Shown here piece after piece: positions 1 through 13,689 of a stretch of DNA of 64,000 nucleotides. Position numbers and translations under genes: made by a program. The stretch is from Phoronis australis (lineage: Eukaryota; Animalia; Phoronida), in the NCBI GenBank assembly GCA_002633005.1, contig NMRA01000637.1, forward strand, positions 158,667-222,666, in the 5' to 3' direction. Under the pieces are notes generated by a model. It was not told the origin of the DNA and did not search any database. It saw nothing but the letters and a program-made list of their open reading frames with translations. Numbering within the stretch: position 1 is the first letter of the stretch; the number at the start of each line of letters is the position of its first letter.

Positions 1-85
1 ATGTTTTCACAAGTCCAAAACTTCGCAGTAGATTTAGGGAACTTAGTTGAGTCACTATTTGGGACTGTTTTCTTCAACCCGGCAC
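1..85. mobile_element. Right end of a MITE-like non-autonomous DNA transposon (same family as 55324-55757), cut by the window edge
   Basis: 1-85 (..gatttagggaacttagttgagtcactatttgggactgttttcttcaacccggcac) aligns by eye with 55690-55757 and with the reverse complement of 55324-55410. Confidence 0.65.
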
Positions 86-89
86 TGGA

Positions 90-2100
90 GTTTACGACAG
101 GTTGCTAGGTGTCTCCAAATGAGTATTTAGAACCTTTATTGTGTTGCACCTGTTATGTACAGCTAAAGCTGCTTGGTATTGCTGTCTTTCTAATTGAAGA
201 AGTATGCCTGAATTTGCTGATTGGTAGATTACGTCACATTAACCTAGATACGGAAGATCAAAAGACTTGACCAGAGTGTCAAGATGCATTGAGTTTGGAT
301 GGCGAGAGATGATTCTATTTTGACGAGTTCGCGACAGTGAGGAGTAAGTGTAAGCTCGTTGTCTAGTAGCAAGCCAAGGTGTTTATTTGTGTGCTCTCTA
401 GGAGTAACTTTCTCATTGAGGGATAGATCTAGCCTTGCATTTGTTTAAATTAGAAGTGTTATTAGAAAATATAAGATCAACAGTTGTTTCATGGTCGGAT
501 TTCATTTTGCATTTGTGAGACCAGTAATAGAATTTGTTCAGGTCAGTTTGTAACAGTAAGTCATAGGGATGCTCTTTAGAAAATGGGTAGAAAATTGCAG
601 TGTCATTAGCATATAAGAATGTTAGAGTTTATTGTGTCTGAAAGGTCATTGATTTACAGTAAAAAGAGTAAGTGGCCTAGTACGCCACCTTGTGGTACTT
701 CAGCATATACATAACCTGGTGTTTTACGAGGGTCAGAAATCACCCCCAATTCGAACTTAGTAAGTTCGGCATTCAAAGTATGATTTTATAAGTGGGACGA
801 GAGTGCCTGAGAAACCATAAGATTGCAAAAGCTGACGCAATGTCTTAAATACGGATGTCACGTAGCCTTGCTCAAACTGGAGGTTGATTTCATGTACAAT
901 TTCTGTAAAATGAGACACATTGTTCCAACGAGGCATGAATCCAAATTGGTGAGGTTTGTGACGAGAGGTGTCCAAGCACGTGTTGAGTAATAAATTTTTT
1001 TCTAAAGTTTTTGAGAACGCGTTGGGGGGATAGTGGGCAATGTCTCTTTTAGAGTACTTTTTGTGTATTGATATCATAACATCAAGTCAAAGTAAATTTT
1101 CCAGATTGTAATATTTTGTTGTATTATGTTGTCAGATGAACTGTAAGCTATCTTGATATTAGTTATTATATCCGCACCGTCCTCGTTCCGTGGATGTTTT
1201 CTAGTAGTTTTCGGACATCAGATGGCTGGGGTTGTACATGTACCAGACAGGTTTCCTAGATTTCTGTTTGTGAATTCGGGAAAGGTTTGTTGTTGCTGCA
1301 ATGTGACTCCTGGCGGTGAAATAATCTTGAAATATTTTCCTTATTTCAGCTTTGGATGACGCCTGAGTGTTGGCGTCCTTTGAGTGGATGATGGCTTTGA
1401 TGATTTCCTTACCTGTCCTCGAATAATATTCCTTAAAATTTTGGAGACAATGTTGGATATAAATTTCATCATATAACTTTGTTTTGCCGTTTTAATTAGT
1501 TGTTCCACACTGTTGCACCGTTCTTTGTCACACTTAAACGTGCACGGGTTATTAGAATTTCTGAACGATATGTGCAGTTAATTTCTTTTATTTATTTGAG
1601 AAATAAATTTGTTGTTAAACCACGGCTTGTTCTTGTTTTCTATGTTTTCATGGTTGGTGGGATATTGTTGTCAATTATACATGTTTTGTAGAATGAGTGT
1701 GAATGTTGAGACTGCGTTCTTGATGTCATGTTTGTTTAGTATTTCAGTCTACTAAAATGTGGTTATGTCGGTGCGCAGTTTGTCCATATTAAAGAAGTTG
1801 TAATTCCAAATCTTTTTGAATGTGATAATTGTTATTAGGTACACGTGTATTGTAGAGTGACTGTGCGAATGTCGAGACTGCGTAATTTATATCACTTTTG
1901 TTTAGCATTTCAGTCGATGGGTAGTTTGACCATGCTACCGAGGCTATAATTCCAAATCATTTTCATAATGTCGACTGTGAGTGTTGTTTCTTTCGCGTTA
2001 CCAATGAGAGGTCTAACAGAAGTGGATTCAGTTAATCCGAGATTTTGATTCATCTCCTCGTCTAAAAGTACTTATCATAACCAATGCAAGTTCTGCTTAA
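90..2100 (-). mobile_element. Decayed CR1/L2-type non-LTR retrotransposon ORF2 remnant (linker + reverse transcriptase)
   Basis: Minus-strand translation gives QFGF..(ORF 757-1077), 'EVPQGGVLGHLLFLL*INDL' (~640-710; GVPQGSxLGP motif), 'LYANDTAIF' (~590-615; degenerate YADD) and the 'KPWFNNKF..INKRN' linker (~1560-1630). Many stops and frameshifts. Boundaries approximate. Confidence 0.8.
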
Positions 2101-3101
2101 ATGTACCGCATATAGTCGCATGCCCCTAAATACTGCAAATAGGCGCGGTTCCGCAATTAGGCACATGCACCTAATGGTTGGCTATACGGTAGGGTAGGCC
2201 TGAAAATTCCAACTAATTTAATCACATTTTAAATGTATTAAATTAGTTGAGGGCCAGGCTAAATTTTGGAAGTAGAAAACAGATGAATGAATCACACTAA
2301 AAAGTGAAAAGGATAAGCAAACTACGGATGTGGAATTAATACAACTAAGCGTCAACGTTGTAGATGATTTGTACAGTTATGTAGAACGGGAATACTGTAC
2401 TTAAGACAGGGACCGCTTCTTACCGACCTCTGACGGGCGACCCGGGAAATAAGTCGTGGCAGCGCCGTGTGGTGACATGAATTTTCCACAGGGAAAATGA
2501 TACCGTTTTTAAAAGTGGGTACAAATTTTTTGTGTGTGCATTCTACTCACTGTTTAGGAATAGACCACTCTTCAGCACGCCCGAGAAAACTCTTCAATTA
2601 CGGGGCGGATCCTCGTCTAAAACAACGCAAATTTGTCTTCATCTAGTCAAACTGTTGAACAGAATGCTTTGTGTCACGTGATAAAAAGTTTCTACGTCAA
2701 AGAAGCATTCGTAGACAAAAGAATCTTTAGAAACCCCATAATCACACAAGTCTCTGAGATGTAGCCATGCATTGCTTGCGAGGCACGTGAGTTAATACTT
2801 GAAACTGACTTTTCTCACGATGAGTGTCTTGGGCCCATGATCGTAACCCAGCAGCTTCATCGCGTTAGATTCCTGCAACCGTTGCTTTTGACCCAGGTGC
2901 TCGTTTCTTTAGCTCTCTCAAACACAGGGAGCCAATATTTCAGGCTGCCCGCGTGTGAAACTAAACTCTTCTCTTACCCAATCCGTTCCCTTCTCACGCG
3001 ACGCATATTCACCCTTCCGCACCACGTTAGATGGCGCCTCGATTTATTTTCATGTATTTGCTTGCGTACAAACCAACCCTGGTCTTGCCTATTACTCCTT
3101 A

Positions 3102-6100
3102 TAGACCGGGATCCCAGAGCTTTTTTGTGCATGAAAAGGTAACCAATTTTCTTTGGTACCACATGGTTAGAAATGGCCGTCTGGCAGGTTCGCTCTGGTA
3201 CGTGTGGTCAATGGAGCCAAGAGAATGACACTAAAAAATGAGCTAAATCAACTTTTCTGGTAACCACATCAAACTTTCTTGGATACCTACTACGTAATCC
3301 ATTGTATCAAAATTGGTCACTGCCTGACAATTTCAGTGGTGGGAATTATCGGCCAGACGTTTATAATTAAGGCAAAAAATTGAACTAGATCAATCTAAGA
3401 GCTATCCTCATGAAACCAGTTGCAAAATATTCAGCGTGAGCCTAGGTATCGCGAATGAACACTGCCAGGCAATTCTAGAGGTGGGTTAGCCCCCCAGACA
3501 AGCCCAAATACCCGAGTTGAGCTAGACCAACACACCAGGTAACCGTTTGAAACCAATTGCACGATTTTCAGCGGAATAAAAGAAACTGAGTGCACAGACG
3601 ACATTGTTATTGGTCTAGCAAAAAGAATTGGTGCTACCGTTGAGAAGTCTGACATATGTCGCAATCACCGCCTAGGTAAAAAAATTCAAGGTAATGCCAA
3701 GACGAGGTCAATTATAGTGAAATATACGAATTACAATGCAAGAGCCGAATTCATGAGAAATAAAAGTAGATTGAAAACTGAAGCTGGCAAGATCTACGTT
3801 AACGAGAATCTGACCAAAAAACGAGCACAGTTGTACAAGGCTTGTAGAGACCTGGGTGCCCGGATTCAGAGTTGCTGGACATATGATGGAATAATTTATT
3901 ACAAGAACTGGGCCAATGAAATTAAACCGGTGAGCAGCATGGAAGTTTTATAGGGCATCTAACTCTCAGATGAATATTATACACGCAAGCCAGAATATAA
4001 TACAGTAGTGCAATAGTTTCCAACGTCTTGTATTCAGCTTTTGGTAAGACTACTCACTTTTGTACTATAGTCTGCATGAAAGACGGCAGAATTTCCTTTC
4101 TCCGTTAAGTTGATGGAGTGGCGATCCTATTTAAGAACACTTTTGAGTATAAATTACATAACATTAGGCAAGACTACATTGGTAATAAATTAATTTTGGA
4201 TATTACTGTTAATGAGACAAGAATTACGTTAATTAATACGTATTGTCCAAATAGGGACTCGCCGTCATTTTTTGAAAGAATAAAACAAGATATTCAAGAT
4301 TTAGGAAATTACTCTGTTATTTGGGCAGGCGATTTTAATCTTGCTCTCGATCAGTCTAAGGACACGCCTAATTATCGACAGGTTAATAACCCGAAGTCAC
4401 GGATTAAGTTGATGGAGATTTGTACAGGATTGTCTATTGTTGATGTGTAGCAGGAACTAAACCCCAGTAATAAAGAATATACTTGGAGAGCTGGAAGTAA
4501 ACGATCCAGACTAGATTTTTTTCTAATTTCTGAAAACCTTTTAGTTGATATTGACGACTCCATAATAGAATTCGATCATTCAATGGTAACGGTTTTTTTA
4601 AAGTGATGTTTCCAGGAGGAGAAAATCCTTTTGGAAGTTTAATAATTCTCTCCTAAAAAACTCTGAGTATATTGTTGCAGTCAAGAATACTATTAAATTA
4701 GTTAAACAACAGTATATGACTGACGATATTCAGACTGTTGACAGTACAGTAATTCAGATTTACAATTGTCTATAAATGATCAACTTTTTCTTGAAACGTT
4801 GTTGATGGAGATTCGCGGCAAAACAATTTCCTTTGCTACTTACTTAAAAAGAAAAAGTAATAGAGTTGAACAGCAACTTATCAAAGAAATAAGCTTGTTG
4901 GAAAAAAGTCTAAGCCTTGACAGGGAACTACTGGAACAAAAAAATAATTTGCTTGCCGAGCTAAGGCAAAATAAGTTAAGAGGTCTTATGACTAGGTCGA
5001 GAGCAAGATGGATTGAAGAAGGTGAAAAGCTTTCCAAATATTTTCTTCACTTGGAAAATAGGCATTACACAAGTAAGTTTATGCCTTTTTGTGGAAATCT
5101 GACAATACTAAAACCCATAGTGAAGAAGAGGTTATTCAGGAAACCAAAACTTTTTATGAAAATCTATACAAATATAGACAGACTAACAATACTTCTTTAA
5201 AAACTCTTCTTGATAATGTTTGTGTTTCCAAGCTGAATGAGACAGAAAAAGAAAAAATAGAAGGTCTTCTTACATATGAAGAAGTCACACAATGCTTGAA
5301 AAAATGAAAAACAACAAAAGCCCAGGCTCTGATGGTTTTTCAGTGGAATTTATGATTTTTTTTGGGCTGACATTGGACATTTCGTTGTTCGCTCACTTAA
5401 TACAGGTTTTGCTGTTGGCCAGTTATCCTCATCACAGAAAGAGGGAGTGATCACCTGCATCCCTAAGGGAGCAGATAAAACTAAACATTATTTGAAAAAC
5501 TGGATACCCATATCCTTGCTCAATGTGACATGTAAATTGGCTTCTTCGGCAGTAGCTGAACGGTTAAAATCCGTTTGGGAAAAGTAATCAGTAAGGACCA
5601 GACAGGTTTCGTTTCTGGAAGAAATATGAACGAAAATATCCGAGTGCTATATGATTTAATGTTTTATGCCCAGGCAGCTATCAAACCTGGATTGCTTTTA
5701 CTGATTGACTTTGAGAAAGCATTTGATTCATTGTCGTGGAATTTTATTCAAAAAACTTTATCGTTCCTTAATTTTGGTTGGTCGATCAGAAGGTGGGTGA
5801 AAGTCTTTTACAGTAATATTAAGTCCTGTGTTGGTGTAAATGGTCACCCATCTTCTTGGTTCAATATTTCGCGTGGCTGCAGACAAGGTGACCCTTTGTC
5901 TCCCTACATTTTTATATTGTGCGCGGAGATTGTGGCGTATTTAATCAAGAATAATAAAAACATTGCTGGTGTAGTTGCTGTGAATAAGGAATATTTGATT
6001 TCGCAATATGCGGACGACACATCAATTACGTTGGATGGGTCGAATTTGTCATTGACCACCACACTGAATGTACTACATTTGTTTGCTAGTGTCTCCGGTC

Positions 6101-9100
6101 TCCAAGTGAATGTGGATAAAACAAAAGCCATATGGTTTGGAAGTAAAACTGGTAGTGATGACGTGATTCCTACAAAAGACACTCAATTGGATAGTATGAC
6201 GCATAAGAACTTCACTGCAAGAATAACTGAGATCAAGTCTTTACTAAAAAATTGGAGTCGACGAAATTTAACGCCGTTTGGTAGAGTAACGGTAATTAAA
6301 ACATTAGCTATTTTTAAACTTAATTTTTTGTTGTCAAGTTTACCAAATCCACCAGTGAAAGTCTTGGATGAATTGAATACCACATTTTTTAGATTTGTAT
6401 GGCAGGCCCGTAATGATAAAATTAAACGAACTACTGCCTGTTTAGGATTTGATCAAGGGGGAATTCAAATGGTTAATATACATACTTTCAGCAAAGCTTT
6501 AAAACTCGCTATGGCCCGTAGATATCTTGAAAGCCCTGCGTCTAAAAGTGGTGAATTGCTGTACTCACCCTACCCGTTCTTAAACAATTTTGCTCCATTT
6601 GGAGATGACTTTATTAAGTCGAAGTTAACTCTAATTGGCAATTCCTACTGGCGCGACATATTTGGAAGTATGTTATCTTTCTACAAGAAAATAATTGTTG
6701 CGAGTAAAGAGGACTTTTTGAACCAACCTTTGCGGTTTAATAGCAACTTGGCGATCAGAGGCACAGGTGTTTTTTATAAGCCTTGGTTTGTAAAAGGCTT
6801 AAGATTTATTAGAGATATCAATACCTCTGAAGGTGATTTTGTTAGTCTAAACAATATGAAAAATAGGTTCGATGTTAAAACCAACTTTGTAGAATATAAT
6901 GGTGTTGTTTCTATTCTAAGAACGTTTCAAAATAGTCTATTTCAAAGTAAATGTAAAAGTGTTAATGTCTACTCTCCTTGCATGCCTTTAACAATTACTC
7001 ACTAACGAAAAGAATTGAAGGGTTGTAGACATACATGTATTTGTTCAGTCTTTAATAACGCTAAGAAACCTAAGTCAGAGTGTAAATGGGAAATAGAGCT
7101 AGGAGATAGTTTAGATTGGAAGAAAATATATGCTTTACCTTACAAAATTACAAAGGATCCCCATATTAGATGGTTCCAATTTAGAATACTACATTGAATT
7201 ATTGCAACAAATACCTTTTTAGTCAAAACATGTTAGGGATTCTGATCTATGTTCCTTTTGTAATAAAGCTCCAGAGACGCTATCACACCTTTTTTGGGAA
7301 TGTAGCTTTATACAAGATTTCTGGAAGGAATTCGGAAAGCTACTTCAAAAGTGTGGCATTCAGCTGTCTGTCTTACGATAGTGTTATTCTTGGACATTAC
7401 AAGACGCATGATTTTCTATTTAACATTTTGCTTCTACTAGCTAAACAGTACATTTACAAGGAGAAATGTCACAAAAATATACCTAATTTTCACAAGTTCG
7501 TTACAAAAACTTATGAATACTATAATGCTGGAAAATTAAATGCTCATAAAAACTTTGTATATGACAGCTTCTCTGCCAAATGGGAAAATTTTATTGTTTA
7601 TGTTAACTTCATGTAGAAGATATTTACCTTAAACGAGATACGAGAATGGACTTCCTGAGGTGTGCATGCGTGAATGAATGGTGTACTTATTTGTTTGTTT
7701 GTTTTTGTAATTGTTTGTAAATGATAATAAATACATAAAAAAATATCTAAGTGGAGCCAGATTTACCCGCCTGGTAACCGTCTGGAACCATTTGCATAAT
7801 GTCGAGCAACATTCTGCATGCAACAAAAGGTACTTTACAGATATTTTCAGCATCGGGGCTGTAGCATCCAGAGGTTTGGTCGATGCAGGGTGGAGTTTTT
7901 ATTGGACTCCCCTAATGCCCTGATCAAATGCATATATCCTATTCAGGCCCGTGACCAGCATTGAGTGGCGGTGGTTCGAATTTCAAGAACGGTGGACCTT
8001 TGGTATTTTGCAAACGTCGGCACTGTAGACTTTTCGGTAAGGCACTTGGCGCAGCTTAATTAGGTGGAAGGGAAATTTGTATGCACAACGATGACTCTCA
8101 GCTCTATGTTCATGAGATGAGACGGAATTTGTAATACCAGAAATGAGGATGCTGCGACGGTTGCTTGCAAAGAACGGGACACAAGTTAGGACGTAATGTG
8201 GTCCATAAAGAGAACATTCTCGCATTATCTCCTGCCAAAGTTTCAAATCAGCCATGCTTACATGAGTGATTACACCTCATTGAATACTAAAAAGAAAATA
8301 TGAAGTTTAGTCGGCGAATGACTTAACAAAATTGTTTATCTGGTTGTATATTAGCGTGTTACTTAAGTTGCTTACATAACTGATAATGGGAACAGCCCAC
8401 AATTTTGAAGATTCACTACTCGAAGGTTTACCACTCCGAAGATTCACTTCTCCAAAAACATCTAAACTTTCAAATTCAGACGTGACGTTTAATCTTTTCG
8501 GCATGCAACAATAAACGATATTTCGGTTATAAGATGCACCTGTACCGAAAACAACACCCGGGCACTGAAACACTTGGTTTGGATTCCATGTAGACAATGA
8601 CCACCGTCTCCTGCTGGCCAGCACAACTAGAAACAGTAGTCAGATTTCATGTGCATGCGAAATTGCTCGCATGTCTTTCAATGAGTACGCACTTGCTTTT
8701 TGAATAGATATGAAGTAGGAATACTGGTGAATTATCAATCATGATACAATTCATCAAATCCACGTCAAGATCGCATTGCAGCGAGACACACATGGCCGGG
8801 TCGAAACTAAATGAAGTTAGCAGGCCATCCTTTCCCTGGCAGTCGTCACGAAGTCAGGGAGTCCCATTTAGTCTTTGTAAATTGAAACTACCGTTGGTCG
8901 CTGCGGCCGTGTCCCAGATGTTGTGGGCATTCGGAGTACTGGACCTTCGGAGTATTAAACCTTCGTCATAATGACATGGAGCCTTGGAAATCTTTTCCAT
9001 CAAGTTTGTAGCTCGTATGAAGTCTGCAAGGTTGTGCACCATTGACATTGATTGACTGGAGAAAATTTTCATTGATCAAAGTTGAGGTCTATGCCTACTT

Positions 9101-10222
9101 TTCCATCATAACGGGAAAATGCTCAACGGTGTATTCCTTGTTCAAAAAACACTGTAGTTGAATGTCTGGTTTCTTAGCAACGGCGGAGGACTGCCTATAA
9201 TGAACTTACCGTCAGCGTGTACTAAGAACAGAAACGTTCAAACACGTACACGCATGCACGTCAATCCACCAATCCACAATCAAAGTGGACACTAGATGAA
9301 CAGCATATTTGCATATTTGACAATCACTTTCAATTCAAAATTTGAAAATGCCGACACTTCTACCGTACTATGCTTGCATTTGATCCAGCTCAACTCAGGT
9401 ACTTGGGCGTGTCTGGCGAGGTTCACTCACCACTAGATTTGTATGACAGAATTTATTCTTGATACCTGGGCTTCCGGAAAATATTTTGCAACTGGTTTCA
9501 TGCAGTTACCTCTTGGGTTGATCGAGCTCAACTCAGATATTTGGGCGTGTTTGGCGGGGCTATTCCACCACTAGATGTGTCTGGCAGTGTTTATTCGTGG
9601 TACCTGGGCTTACGGTGAATAATTTGCAACTGGTTTTACGCGGTTACCTCTTGGGTTATTCTGGACCAATTTCTAATCCTTCTTGATAATCTTCTGGCAG
9701 GGCCACCCCAGTACTGAAATTGTCAGGCATCTAACTGTGGTGCCATGTAAAGTGATGCTGAACCTCGTGCAATTTGTTTCAAACGGTTACCTAGTGGGTT
9801 GATCTCGCTCAACTCGGGTATTTGGTCGGGTCTTGCAGGGCTAACACACCACTAGATTTGTCTAGCCGTGTTCATTCGTGATAGCTTGGCTCACGGTGAG
9901 CATTTTGCAACTAGTTTCATGCGGTTACCATTTGGATTGATGTAGCTCAATTTTTTACGTTGTTTATAACCGTCTGAAATTGTCTGACAGTGACCAATTT
10001 TGATACAGAGGATTACGCAGTAGGTATTGAAGGCAGTTTGAAGTGGTTACCAGAACAGTTGATCTAGCTCAATTTTTGAGTGTCATTCTCTTGGCTCCCT
10101 GACCACACCCACCAGAGTGCCAGACGGCCGATTCCAAGCATCAGGATATCCATAAAGCACTGTGACACCAAAGAAAATTGGTTACCTTTTGATGCCCAAA
10201 AAAGCTTTGGGATCCCGGTCTA
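3102..10222. mobile_element. Long-TIR DNA transposon-like element (TAG...CTA termini, TTA flanking duplication; Academ- or Harbinger-like), carrying a LINE and internal tandem repeats
   Basis: 3102-3564 is a diverged inverted copy of 9765-10222 (termini TAGACCGGGATCCC / GGGATCCCGGTCTA). TTA flanks both ends (3099-3101 and 10223-10225). The right part holds about three copies of a ~140-bp subrepeat (~9380-9930). Confidence 0.65.
3565..7743 (+). mobile_element. 5'-truncated, pseudogenised L1/Tx1-type LINE (ORF1 C-terminus + ORF2 APE-RT-zinc finger)
   Basis: ORF1 tail 3565-3953 (HRLG..SIIVKY..IYVNENLT..SCWTYDG). APE motifs (INTYCPN, WAGDFN, SRLDFFL, DH) 4118-4600. RT motifs (KSPGSDGF, DFEKAFDS, RGCRQGDPLSP, QYADD) 5300-6200. 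C-terminal cysteine region to 7616. 3' end has (tttg)n, AATAAA and an A-run at ~7727-7743. Multiple stops, frameshifts and deletions. Confidence 0.92.
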
Positions 10223-13200
10223 TTACCCGCTAAAGTTATTATTTGCCTTGATCAGGAGTACATGTACATGTATGTTCCATAAGCGTGACTTTAATTGTTG
10301 AAAAAGGTTTAGTCAAGTAGTTATGAGTTCATCACAGTCTAGAAGTAATTTGTAAAAGTTACCTCATTATAGGTACACATGAATGGCAAAAAAGGCTAAT
10401 AGTTTCAATGGCTAAAACACTTGCTAAAACGTAAGCCCTTTAGCCAGATGAACGAGTTTTCCGCGTAGGAATGACGGGGTGATTTCTCCAAGAGTTAGTT
10501 TGTTTCCTTACCACCAGAGTCGCTTCTTGATTGAAAATTGATGTCAAAACACGTTCAATCTCCGCGCATGTGTACTTTGAAGTCAGTGGTCTGTCTACAC
10601 TGCTAGAGAGAACGCCTGTGGTTTTGTCAAAAATATTATAGTTACACCAGTTTCGTTAGTTTTGGTATCTCAAACATCCAACAAAGCGCTAGCAAAAGTG
10701 ACCCTTGGGCCCGTTCGTCTGAGTGACGGTATACTGGTAGCAAAAGTACTACCGAACACAACAACACATGTGTCAGTGAAACTGCTTCACTCATGTAAAC
10801 CCATCAGAAATAATGTACTTTTGTTAAAGTGAGATTTAAAATTATTTTCCGAAATAGTTAGTGAAATGTAAGATTAAATTGCTGACTGAAGACTTATTAA
10901 GTGACTTTTCATAAAATAGACCCCTGAGGTATGAAATGACATAACCAAGTTTGTTCAAACTCTACTTTGTTAACATATTACCGCCAATTATCAATTATCC
11001 TTTTGAACCAGAATCAATTCATAACTGCAGCTTATAACTGATAAAATGAAAACAAAAACAAAAACAAAGCAAGTGTTCATATATTGTCAATGTTTGCTGG
11101 GGATACCGTGAAAATACAATTGAACTCATTTTGCTCTCAACAACAAGTGTCGGTTGTGTCCTTGAATGCCGTCGTGATCCTGTGAATACCAATATTGATG
11201 AAGTATTGAACAATGAAAGTTGTTATATTGTATAATGCATGCCTAGAGTTCAATTATAGCACGGTGTCTTCAATAAATATTAGACGGTACACATGTCTAA
11301 GAATGTGATTCGGTTCGTTCCATTTTAAGAGGATTGTCGACTTAATTCTTGCTTGTCAAATCACTTCATTTTTTTTAAATAAAAGACATTTTGACTTCTA
11401 GTATTTGAGAAAAGCGAATTGATTTGACAAATTTACCATTTGCAACAATATTTGCAAAACAATTGCTAGGTATGATGAGATTCCGGCTAACGAAAGATCT
11501 CTAAGATTTTATATGTTCAGCATATGTATAATACTCCTCAAAAATAAAAATAAGTCGTAATTTTACGAGAAAATTACCGCCAAATATTGGAGGTATGAAT
11601 GAAAAGAACATTAATGGGCATTGCCGAATCAATATCGAAATCGGTCACTTCCGCATCGTGATTCGATTATATTTCGACTAGTCAACCCTCCTTTACAATA
11701 TATGTCCACGTATGCGTGATCCCGTGAACACGAATATTGATCGACACTGCCGTAGCAAGTTTTTATCGTTGTACAAACATGAAATTGTTGGCAACCGGGA
11801 AGTTTTGAAATGAGTAGCAACCCTTGGGCACGATGGAATGAACGGCGCGGGGGGAAACAAAGTCAAAATTGAAGTGATCTTAGACCACTTAGAGAGTTTT
11901 TTTGCAATGAACTGGTGGACATGACCCATTGCATTGACATGTCATGAACTGGATATTTCAGAGTGCAGATTTTGTGTTTTTTCAAATAATTTGGTGAATT
12001 TCGTCGGTGCAGCAGCCGTGAGAGGTTTAAGTAACACTGTTAGCGATAAATGTGGTCTTTTGAGATCAGCCTCAAGGCAAATTCAAACTCACTACCGCAG
12101 CAGTCGTAGTGTGGCGCTTTGCTAGCAGAGATCAAACCTACTCAATAGCATCGCATCTAAAGCTTTACAGTATTTTAAAAAGTGACATAGTCGGCTACAA
12201 TGAAATACAAACAAGACGTATAATGCTGAACAGAAATACCTCAGCCAACACTCCGGCAGTTGATAGGTTCGCTCTTATAAAAAATAATTTGATTTTTGAC
12301 GAGAATGTGTTTTCGCAAAAAAATGAAAGTTCAATAACCCTTGACTTCCCTTGTATTGAAACACGTGAACTTTGGGTGTCGTGTTACTCGCCCACTCACT
12401 TTAGCTGGAAAATTTTAGTGTGCCTGCCTTATGTTCAGCAACGCAGAACTCATGCTATAGTTAACCCCAAAAATTGCATATTTTTAAGTAAGCCGCTATA
12501 ATTATCAGGTTATCGGGTGTTCAAAGCGAATTTGCCAAGTGGCCGAGACCATTCGAAAGTTTTCGAGACTCAGCGAAGGATTTAATATGGCTTTTCGAGT
12601 CATTGGGATTTCTAATGTTATTTGTCGATGCTTTCCATTTTTCACTTTTCACCTTCCAAAACTAAAGAAGTATTACTGCTTTGCTGTGAGCTGCGACCTC
12701 AATGGCAAAAAGCTGGATAAACTTCAGAAGTATTTTCCAAGATAATTCCTAGAATTAGCTCGACATTTCTAACTGAAACAAGGCCAATGAAATAATGCGT
12801 TTTCCTACCTCCAAGACAAACGAGATTACAATCCTAGACCGAGCTATTGTTTTTAATTTCCTCACGGACAAATTCATTCTTTCCGCTATTGGTGAATGTT
12901 ACACAAATAAATTACGCGATCATTGTTAAAGGTGCAAACTATTTCTTAACGTCATTTAAGTATTAACTGTGTAAGCACGTAAGAAAATAATATTCGTGCT
13001 TTAATTAACAACGCAAATAAACTTTTAAGCTATTGAGAATTCATTTACACGTACGTACCTACATTTTAACTTACTGTCTGAGAAACTCAGCAGATACTAT
13101 GATCATGAGTTCAATTAAACCCAATGAGCTCATCTTTGCAACAACTATTACGTCAGAGAAGTTCAAAAATAGGCCCATCATGGGCGAATATTAGAAAAAC

Positions 13201-13689
13201 GACATATCAGAAACGTGAAACGAAACCGAATAATACGCCCCGGCGGTTAATTACTGACAAAGTCGCGCAATATCTCGTTGAATGATAGTCGTTTGAGTGA
13301 AATAGCCATCTCAAAATATAATGTCTTGTCAAAATAAATAAAATTTTTCATTATTTAAAGCATTTTACATACGTATTTCAGAGCAATCCGTCAGATTTTC
13401 AAAACAGGCCAACATACTTGTACTGGGCCAGGTTACTCTTACTTAGAATGCAGTGTTGGCAAAATTGTGATTTTTGCTTTCTGATGTTGTATTGTAAAAA
13501 GCAAAATGCAGCAATTGTGAAATTATCAAACAACAAACATGTACAGAACATTTTTGTGATATTTCTGTATTTCAAAATTTACACTAGGCTTGATTAACTG
13601 ACATCTAGGAGCAGGATTTGATTGGCTGATTAACTGTGTTCCGCAACGAAACATTCATATAACTTGAAACGTATTAACCTGTAGTGGTA

